DNA of 64,000 bases from Patescibacteria group bacterium (lineage in GTDB: Bacteria; Patescibacteriota; Minisyncoccia; Phycocordibacterales; Phycocordibacteraceae), in contig SCTS01000006.1 in assembly GCA_004322365.1 (NCBI GenBank), positions 160,756 to 224,755 on the forward strand. The letters are read 5' to 3'. The notes under the pieces are model-generated. The model saw only the letters and a program-made list of their open reading frames with translations. It ran no database searches and was not told the origin of the DNA. The translations under genes were made by a program, and so were the position numbers. Every line of letters starts with the position of its first letter. Positions within the stretch are counted from its first letter, which is position 1. Below are positions 56,056 to 64,000 of this stretch, piece after piece.

Positions 56056-59000
56056 TTAGAACTCATCGAAGCGAGGAGTAACACCTATAGTCACTGACTT
56101 TGAGCTCGGCACTCCTCCAGTCAAACAATTCATGGTGTAGGTGCTTTGTTGATTTATGATCACAGACTGTGCGCCCGAAAAAGCTGTTGAGGAAAGACCG
56201 GGACCGGAGATTGAACATGTATCAGGAGTGCCTACCACTCCCCACGACACCGTTGCAGGGTCGCCTTGGCGAACAGTAACACTTGGACTTATGGTGAGAG
56301 TAATGTCGGCAGGATTTACAGTAACCGTGGCACTTGAAGATGCGCTTCGTGTACCATTAGTACAAGTGATACCGTAGGTTGTAGTAACTGGAGGGGAAAC
56401 AGTAACCGAACCAACGGTTGCGCCCCCTGTTGGGAAGTTAGTTCCTGTACAAGAAGTGGTGTAAGAAGATGTCCAGTCAATGCGTGGAGAGGTTACTCCC
56501 TTAATAATAACAGGTGGTGAGACAGTAATAATCACTGTTGGAGTGTTCTGTATAGTTCCCGTTGCGCATGTCGCAGTAACTGACCCTGTACCTGAGGTCA
56601 CAATAACTGAAGCCGATTTCGTACCAGCGCTACCATATGTCTTCGAGACAGTTGCACCTGTGCCAAGAAGTCCGTCAGTACCACTCCACACATAGGTGTA
56701 TGAACCTACTCCTCCTGAAGGTGTGACAGACCATGTTAATGAATCCCCCACATATCCAGTACTTGGTGATGGGGAACACGATGCTGAGAGTGCTCCGGGG
56801 TTCACTGATAATGATGTCCACGCACTACAATTATCAAGCTCATTGGACTCACTCACTTCATTAAGTGGTGTGTCGGCACAAAAACGCATCTGGTACGAAC
56901 CCGGTGAAGGAAATGTGTAGCTACCTGTTTGTGTACCGCTACCCCCAGCTACAATCGATATTCGACTTAAAGCAATCTTAATTGACGTATTGGCTTCGGC
57001 AAAATTAATAAAGAAACTAAAAATACGACTCCAAATAGAATCTGATTGGGTGAGGTAATTATTAAGACAAGCACTATCTGAACTAAGGCACACATACATC
57101 CTTGAACCGAAAACTGGAGTCGCTGCACCACCAATATTGGTAACACCCGCAGTGAATGTGGTATTTACTCCTGCGGTTACACTCGTAGGAGAAAGAGACC
57201 CTGTAGTTAAATCTGCCAAAGAAACGCCAACTACTACAGAGTTGGAGCAACTTGCGGTTGTTGATAGTGGCGCTGACGCAGTTGCCATACCTGCAAAATA
57301 ATTATGTCTCGTTGTGTTACCAGTAGTTGAGGTTTTTGAGGCAAGAGAGGCATTCGAATATGCTTCGTAGCGATAGTAGGTGTTAACTGGTTGCCCAGTT
57401 GAATTCACAGTCTCTCGTACATCAACACTACAGCAACCACCTGCAGGAGTTATATCTGCACACGATCCTGCCATAGAGCTAGTATTGAGAGTAAATCCGA
57501 CACCATCCTCGGTAGTACCATAACTACCTACCTTCGTACCTCCAGAGCAGTGCTTTTCCCCTTGAAGCGTAACAGAAGTTGCGCCGGAAGGGCTAGTGAT
57601 AGTGATTGAGGCTGTTTTTGTACCGACAGTTGTATATGTTTTTGAAATAGACGCAACAGCACCCGAGAGACTATCAGTACCACTCCATAAATACGTGTAT
57701 GAACCAGTTCCACCCGATGCAGAGGCAGTCCAAGCCACGGGACTACCGGTATAGACACTCGTTGGAGATACCGAACATGACCCAGAAAGAGTGCCAGGGG
57801 GAGGTGAATTTACCTGAACATTTGCGGTAGCGAAAGCGGTCTGGGGAGTCGTAGCAGGAGAGGCACCAACACACTGGTACACAGCTGTTTCAATTTGACA
57901 CGAATCATTGGCCACATTTATTTTACATACATTACCGCTTCCTACCCCACTGCAAGATTTCCCTGCTGGACTTGAGGGGCACCATGCTAATCCAGAATAA
58001 GCAATTTCAAGACTTGACACTCTGGTTACACCTACATTACAAGCAAAATCACTGATGTCATTATATGAAAGCTGCCACGTACCTGATGACGCGGCACTCG
58101 CCCCCGTACAGGTAATAGAATAGTTAGTCGTTGCACTTAACGCTCCAGTCGAAATAGAGCCTGATGTGTTACCTCCAGTCTCAAATCCACCACCAACACA
58201 AGAAATCGCATTGGTTGAGGACCATGTGAGAGTAGCGGAAGATCCAGAATTCAAACTTGTTGGAGTTGCAGAGAGTGAAACCGTGGGTGATGCAATAGCA
58301 CTAACAGTAACTGTTTGCGACGCTGAGGCGGACCCACCAGCACCAGTACATGAAACAAGATAACTGGTTGTTTGCGATGGAGTAACTGTTACAGAGCCTG
58401 CGGTTGCAGAGGATGTTGAGAAGTTAGTTCCTGTGCAGGAAGTTGCATTAGTTGAACTCCAGGTGATAACTGACGACGCACCCACTACAAGAGAAGTTGG
58501 GTTTGCAGAAAGTGATGCAGTTGGTGCAACCACAGGCGCACTAACGGTAACCGTTGCGAAAGAAGACACTGTCTGGGAACCATCGGTACAGGTAATTGAA
58601 TAAGTTATTGAAGAGGGAGGTGAAACGATAAGTGAACCTGCAGTAGCACCTCCCGTTGAAAAGTTGGTGCCGGTGCACGAAGTCACATAATCCGAAGTCC
58701 ATGTTAAGAGAGCCGAACCTCCACTAGATATAGAAGAAGGAGTGGCAATAATGCCTACATAGGGTGTTGTTGGTTCCACAACACAACCTTCATCTATGTC
58801 GCCGATAGTCGCAACCTGGTAGGTACTTTGCACTGTATAACTATCCCCGCCATATACTGCGCGAAATGCTGCTTCACCTGCACTACCTGGAGGGAAAGGA
58901 TTAGTCACTACTGTGTAGTCATACTCCCATGTGGTACCTGTACAGTCACCGCCTCCTGTTGGACCAGCATATGCTAATTGAGGAATCGCACTGAATACAG

Positions 59001-59079
59001 CGAGCATAAAAATGGCACCAATGAAAAAAGTTTTAAAAGCGGGAATAGTAAGTTGGCGGAGAGCTTGCATTGCATTCAT
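56056..59079 (-). CDS. Very large secreted protein with tandem roughly 70-aa Ig-like repeats (Thr/Ser/Gly-rich)
   Basis: 1007-aa uninterrupted ORF with a signal peptide. Repeats such as ..SSGGSALLTWTSDYVTSCTGTNFSTGGATAGSLIVSPPSSITYSITCTDGSQTVSS..TVTVS and ..ITWSSTNATSCTGTNFSTSSATAGSVTVTPSQTTSYLVSCTG.. recur at least five times. Confidence 0.7.
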   Translation of the reverse strand: MNAMQALRQLTIPAFKTFFIGAIFMLAVFSAIPQLAYAGPTGGGDCTGTTWEYDYTVVTNPFPPGSAGEAAFRAVYGGDSYTVQSTYQVATIGDIDEGCVVEPTTPYVGIIATPSSISSGGSALLTWTSDYVTSCTGTNFSTGGATAGSLIVSPPSSITYSITCTDGSQTVSSFATVTVSAPVVAPTASLSANPTSLVVGASSVITWSSTNATSCTGTNFSTSSATAGSVTVTPSQTTSYLVSCTGAGGSASASQTVTVSAIASPTVSLSATPTSLNSGSSATLTWSSTNAISCVGGGFETGGNTSGSISTGALSATTNYSITCTGASAASSGTWQLSYNDISDFACNVGVTRVSSLEIAYSGLAWCPSSPAGKSCSGVGSGNVCKINVANDSCQIETAVYQCVGASPATTPQTAFATANVQVNSPPPGTLSGSCSVSPTSVYTGSPVAWTASASGGTGSYTYLWSGTDSLSGAVASISKTYTTVGTKTASITITSPSGATSVTLQGEKHCSGGTKVGSYGTTEDGVGFTLNTSSMAGSCADITPAGGCCSVDVRETVNSTGQPVNTYYRYEAYSNASLASKTSTTGNTTRHNYFAGMATASAPLSTTASCSNSVVVGVSLADLTTGSLSPTSVTAGVNTTFTAGVTNIGGAATPVFGSRMYVCLSSDSACLNNYLTQSDSIWSRIFSFFINFAEANTSIKIALSRISIVAGGSGTQTGSYTFPSPGSYQMRFCADTPLNEVSESNELDNCSAWTSLSVNPGALSASCSPSPSTGYVGDSLTWSVTPSGGVGSYTYVWSGTDGLLGTGATVSKTYGSAGTKSASVIVTSGTGSVTATCATGTIQNTPTVIITVSPPVIIKGVTSPRIDWTSSYTTSCTGTNFPTGGATVGSVTVSPPVTTTYGITCTNGTRSASSSATVTVNPADITLTISPSVTVRQGDPATVSWGVVGTPDTCSISGPGLSSTAFSGAQSVIINQQSTYTMNCLTGGVPSSKSVTIGVTPRFDEF

Positions 59080-59134
59080 TGTACAGGGAATTTATACCTA
59101 CCGTTAAAGTAAAGTCGCGAGAGGTGGAATAACA

Positions 59135-59164
59135 AAAAACTCTCCACATGGTGGAGAGTTTTTT
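59135..59164 (-). terminator. Rho-independent terminator immediately 3' of rplB
   Basis: Sequence aaaactctccac atg gtggagagtttt flanked by A/T runs. Confidence 0.6.
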
Positions 59165-59167
59165 GTT

Positions 59168-60031
59168 TTAGCTTCCTGATTTTCGCTTTTTCCCGACACG
59201 ACGACGAGAAACAATGAATGGATTTGAGTATTTCTTTGGAGTTCGTGTTTTCTGACCCTTTCCTGACGGCTTGCCCCACATGGTGCGCTGTCTTCGGTGA
59301 CCACGACCCTGACGGCCTTCACCTCCTCCATGTGGGTGGTCCACTGGGTTCATTGCAGTACCACGAACCGTTGGGCGAATACCCATGTGTCGTGCGCGAC
59401 CTGCTTTACCAATGATGACGAGGTGATGTGCATCATTTGAAACTTCACCGATAGATGCCCACGCAGTATCAACTACTTTACGAACTTCAGTCGAAGGGAG
59501 TTTTATTTGAGCGTAGCCAGCATCGAGCGCAATCAATTCAGCGTGGTTACCTGCACTTCGTGCCATTTTTGCACCACCATTTGCATGCACTTCAATATTG
59601 TAGATGAATGTACCGATTGGGATGTTCTTCAAAGGAAGTCGGTTACCGGGAGTGATAGGAGCAGTTTCTGAAGTAATGACTTTATCGCCAACCTTTAAAG
59701 ATTTTGGTGCGAGTATGTATCGGCGCTCACCGTCAACATCTACAATACGAGCAATAAAGCCTGTGCGTGTAGGATCGTATTCAATGTGCTCAACTTTTCC
59801 TGGAATATTTTTCTTAGCGAACATGAAATCAACCACACGCATCTGTTGCTTGTGTCCACCTCCTTGGTGACGGGTGGTGATGCGACCAAGTGAGTTTCTA
59901 CCTGCGTGATTTTTCTTTCCTTTCGTCAAAGATTTCAATGGCTTGCCGGTCGTCAAGACATCGCGATAACGAATCACGCTCATGTGGCGAGTGGATGCGG
60001 TTCGTGCTTTGTAATTTCGTGTAGTAGACAT
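59168..60031 (-). CDS. rplB: 50S ribosomal protein L2
   Basis: 287 aa. Confidence 0.9.
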   Translation of the reverse strand: MSTTRNYKARTASTRHMSVIRYRDVLTTGKPLKSLTKGKKNHAGRNSLGRITTRHQGGGHKQQMRVVDFMFAKKNIPGKVEHIEYDPTRTGFIARIVDVDGERRYILAPKSLKVGDKVITSETAPITPGNRLPLKNIPIGTFIYNIEVHANGGAKMARSAGNHAELIALDAGYAQIKLPSTEVRKVVDTAWASIGEVSNDAHHLVIIGKAGRARHMGIRPTVRGTAMNPVDHPHGGGEGRQGRGHRRQRTMWGKPSGKGQKTRTPKKYSNPFIVSRRRVGKKRKSGS

Positions 60032-60048
60032 ATTCGTGTATTAAAAAT

Positions 60049-60447
60049 TTATGAGAAACGGATAGTGTCTCCTTTCTTTAAAAATACCAAAGCCTTTCTT
60101 GTTGCAGAAGTCTTACCAAAACCTCGCTTCTTTCTCATTTGCACTCGCTTTGCTGGAGTATTCACTACATTTACCTTGATTGGCATAACTTTGTAGAGAG
60201 CATTGACTGCCATAGCGACATCCTTCTTTGTTGCTGATTTGCGAATATCAAATGTATAGACTCCGTTTGCAGTCATGTTTGCTGCCTTCTCCGTAATGCG
60301 GGGACGCACCAAAATATTTGCGTACTCAGCAAGAGCTGAAGGACGATCAGTTTTTTTAGTAGCAGAAACTTTTGTTTCAACTTTTTTGACTTCTGCCTTT
60401 GGAGCATCAGTCTTCTTTGTATTCGTTTTTGATTTAAAAATTGCCAT
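60049..60447 (-). CDS. rplW: 50S ribosomal protein L23 (Lys-rich N-terminal extension)
   Basis: 132 aa. Confidence 0.85.
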   Translation of the reverse strand: MAIFKSKTNTKKTDAPKAEVKKVETKVSATKKTDRPSALAEYANILVRPRITEKAANMTANGVYTFDIRKSATKKDVAMAVNALYKVMPIKVNVVNTPAKRVQMRKKRGFGKTSATRKALVFLKKGDTIRFS

Positions 60448-60453
60448 AAAAAT

Positions 60454-61143
60454 TTATTTCTCTAGTCGTTCTGTAAGCGTTTTAACAGACACCTTCGGAT
60501 CTACAACGAGAATATAACGGTAGGTGAGCAAGTCAACTGGATTTGCGTTTCTCGCCTCATCAACCATCACGTTCTTCATGTTGCGGAAGCTCTTTACTAC
60601 CGCGACATCATGCTTCGAAAGAAGGATGAGTGCTGCGTTGTTTCTGCGTGTAGCGAGCTCAGCAAATCCTTCTATTTTAGCAAGGCCACCGAGGGTTGCC
60701 TTTGCATCCTTTGTTTTTGGAGCCTTGAAAGAAAGCGAGTCAACAAAAATCATTTTTCCTTTACGGAGTTTTTCTGAAAGAACTGTTGCGACTGCCTTCG
60801 CACGCATCTTCTTATTGATTTTCTGTGAGAAATCGCGTTCCTTTACTGGTCCGTGAGTCGTACCTCCTCCTCTCCAGATTGGAGATCGAATAGAACCGTG
60901 ACGAGCTCGGCCAGTACCCTTTTGCTTCCATGGCTTCTTACCGCCACCACGTACCTCACCACGACCCTTCGTGTGAGCAACAGGAGTGCGAGCGTTCGCT
61001 TGCATAGCAAGAACAACCTGATGCACCAAAGCATCATTTCTCTTTGCATCAAAAATGCCCTCTGGGAGTTCAATCTCCCCTACTTCTTTTGCGCTTGTAT
61101 TGTAAATTGAAGCTTTCATATATTTATTTTCCTCGAATTTCAA
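60454..61143 (-). CDS. rplD: 50S ribosomal protein L4
   Basis: 229 aa. Confidence 0.9.
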   Translation of the reverse strand: MKFEENKYMKASIYNTSAKEVGEIELPEGIFDAKRNDALVHQVVLAMQANARTPVAHTKGRGEVRGGGKKPWKQKGTGRARHGSIRSPIWRGGGTTHGPVKERDFSQKINKKMRAKAVATVLSEKLRKGKMIFVDSLSFKAPKTKDAKATLGGLAKIEGFAELATRRNNAALILLSKHDVAVVKSFRNMKNVMVDEARNANPVDLLTYRYILVVDPKVSVKTLTERLEK

Positions 61144-61732
61144 TCACGGTACCTTTGCGTCCTGGAACTGCTCCACGAACAAAAATTTCATTCTTTACGC
61201 CGTCAACACGAATGACCTCAAGGTTTGGAACAGTCACACGGTCAGAACCCATTCGTCCTGCCATGCGCATACCTTTCACCACACGACCTCCTGCTCGGCC
61301 TGGACCTCCTCCTGAAGAACCGCGCTCTCTTTCAGAATGTTTCTGACCGTGTGTGCGGGGACCTCCTTTGAAGCCGTAGCGCTTCACAACGCCCTGGAAA
61401 CCTTTTCCTTTTGAAATTCCTGAAACGACAACGCTTTCACCTTCTGAGAAAGCAGTGACATCAAAAGTTGCACCTACTTCAAGTGCCTCAGCACCATCAA
61501 AGCGAAATTCACGAAGTCCACGAACATTTCCCTTAGGTTGCTGTGGTTTTGCAATGCGTGATTGCTTCTGCTCACCGTAACCCACCTGTACTGCCTTGTA
61601 GCCGTCAGTATCAATATTCTTAACTTGGGTCACTGTAACCTTTGGTGCATGTATAACGGTAACAGGCACAGCGTGACCCGCTGCATTGAAGACCTGTGTC
61701 ATTCCTTGTTTTGTTCCTATGATGAATTTCAT
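61124..61732 (-). CDS. rplC: 50S ribosomal protein L3
   Basis: 202 aa. Confidence 0.9.
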   Translation of the reverse strand: MKFIIGTKQGMTQVFNAAGHAVPVTVIHAPKVTVTQVKNIDTDGYKAVQVGYGEQKQSRIAKPQQPKGNVRGLREFRFDGAEALEVGATFDVTAFSEGESVVVSGISKGKGFQGVVKRYGFKGGPRTHGQKHSERERGSSGGGPGRAGGRVVKGMRMAGRMGSDRVTVPNLEVIRVDGVKNEIFVRGAVPGRKGTVIEIRGK

Positions 61733-62416
61733 TAGTTTTTTGTTGGCGAGTCCTTGAGTCTAGAAAAATCTAACCCTGTTAAATCCCCGTTCCGGGGACG
61801 CTTCGTACTCGAAGCGTATTTAACAGGGTTCTGAGAATCTAATCGCTACGCTCAAGATTCTCTAGAAAAAAACGCACACCGGTATTCGCAGTGTGCGATA
61901 TACCATTGGTTTACCCTGAGCTTGTCGAAGGGTCCGATCCTTTCGATGTTTCGGAGGCAAACGTAGCGTTTCAGCTACTATACACAAAGCATCTAAAAGA
62001 TGCAAGAAACCAAGTACCGAGACGAAACCTAGGTACTTTTACACGTATCTGATACAGATATTTCAGCCGTGAAGTATGCTTTGAACACGAGACCGCGAAA
62101 GAGGCTCGGTTGGAAAACTCCTCTAGAAATCTAGAGTGGTGCACTTACCTGTTGAACTTAAGATAGAAATACTTGACAGAAGGTTTCTAATATGCTATTA
62201 TTCACACATCGTTTAAACACTTAAATTTTTTCTATGAAAGAGGGACTCAAATTAATTTCACGACAAGGTGGTTTTAAAACGACCGGTCCAGGTTTAGAAC
62301 ACTGCCCCGATCCTGATGCTATCGTATCCGGTTATGTATACAATAAACTTAACAAATTATGGTATAAAAAGGCCTAAGAACAGGAGAAAATAGAACGTGT
62401 ACGCAACACAAACTAA

Positions 62417-62442
62417 AAACCGCCCTTTTGGGCGGTTTTTTC
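62417..62442. terminator. Strong bidirectional hairpin terminator inside the rpsJ-rplC spacer
   Basis: Sequence aaaaaccgcccttttgggcggtttttt. Confidence 0.65.
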
Positions 62443-62594
62443 GATCTTTTTTACAGCCCTCCACAATTTCTCTGAGATGAGAAATTGGGAGGACTTAAGA
62501 AAATCTAAGCAAGCTTTGCTTTAAGGTCTCTAAAGGCCGAAGCGAAACGCTTCGGCACTCAACAAATTCTAAATCGCAACGCGATTAAGAATTT

Positions 62595-62990
62595 CTAGAG
62601 CATTCTGACATCAACCGAGACGCCGGATGGCAATGACAAGTTCGTCAAAGCATCAATGATTTTTGGAGTTGGATTCACAATGTCCAAGATACGCTTATGA
62701 GTACGAATCTCAAACTGCTCACGAGCATCTTTGTAGACGAACGATGAGGCATTGACCGTGAATTTCTTGATATCAGTTGGAAGTGGGATGGGCCCTACAA
62801 CCTCCGCATCAAAGCGAAGCGCTGTGTCAATAATTTGCTTTACCGAAGCATCCAAGACTTTGTGGTCATATGCGCGAACACGGAGACGCAATTTGCCTAC
62901 ACCCGCAACTGGAGCCGCAGATTTCGCTGTCTTTGCTCCTGCTTTTGGTGCCTTGCGGACAGGCGTCTTTTTTTCTTTAGTGTCGGACAT
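62595..62990 (-). CDS. rpsJ: 30S ribosomal protein S10 (Lys/Ala-rich N-terminal extension)
   Basis: 131 aa with core KLRLRVRAYDHKVLDASVKQIIDTA. Confidence 0.9.
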   Translation of the reverse strand: MSDTKEKKTPVRKAPKAGAKTAKSAAPVAGVGKLRLRVRAYDHKVLDASVKQIIDTALRFDAEVVGPIPLPTDIKKFTVNASSFVYKDAREQFEIRTHKRILDIVNPTPKIIDALTNLSLPSGVSVDVRML

Positions 62991-63019
62991 AGATTTTCAA
63001 AGTTCGTGAATACTAGGCT

Positions 63020-64000
<981 letters not shown>

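Overview
Nearly all genes in this 64 kb window run on the minus strand. It reads as a small-genome bacterium, probably Candidate Phyla Radiation/Patescibacteria: rpsE is directly followed by rplO with no L30 gene, the organisation is compact, and a type IV pilus/competence locus is present. That lineage call is an inference.

Gene content by position:
- 1-1581: 5' part of purL; 1635-2858: a GH18-like secreted hydrolase.
- 4260-8400: membrane/secreted hypotheticals, a PIF1/RecD-like helicase and a frameshifted GIY-YIG nuclease.
- 8519-19574: a complete type IV pilus locus (pilM/N/O-like, pilB, a CheY-like receiver, pilT, pilC, major pilin, prepilin peptidase pilD, four minor pilins), with comFC diverging at 19674.
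- 20423-35483: secreted/membrane proteins, a HAD nucleotidase, a type II glutamine synthetase, tRNA-Ser(GCU), cyclophilin, a CDF transporter, recG, tRNA-Ile(UAU) and ftsH.
- 35502-38849: smpB, tmRNA (ssrA), SRP RNA (ffs), a Cys/His-rich hypothetical, infC, rpmI and rplT.
- 38889-44866: a beta-CASP RNase, ndk, a 961-aa protein with a TraD/VirD4/HerA-like ATPase domain, and a small Cys-rich protein.
- 45009-63940: map, adk, gmk, secY, then the spc and S10 ribosomal-protein clusters up to rpsJ and a partial tuf.

Most notable observations:
- The ribosomal-protein run is interrupted. An IS200-like Y1/RAYT transposase flanked by perfect REP-like palindromes and a 1007-aa repeat-rich secreted protein sit between rpsS and rplB. 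Terminator-containing non-coding spacers of 862 bp (rpsJ-rplC) and 352 bp (rplE-rpsN) are also present.
- A family of heptanucleotide tandem repeats (SCTRRAA) is dispersed through the window. Three of four minor-pilin genes carry an array inside the 5' coding region, which makes them candidate slipped-strand phase-variation sites.
- A 22/24-nt motif (CGGAnCCGACGAAGCGTCGCCTA) occurs twice.
- A paralogous pair of small Cys-rich membrane-anchored proteins each sits next to a large NTPase.
- Several very long perfect hairpins are present.
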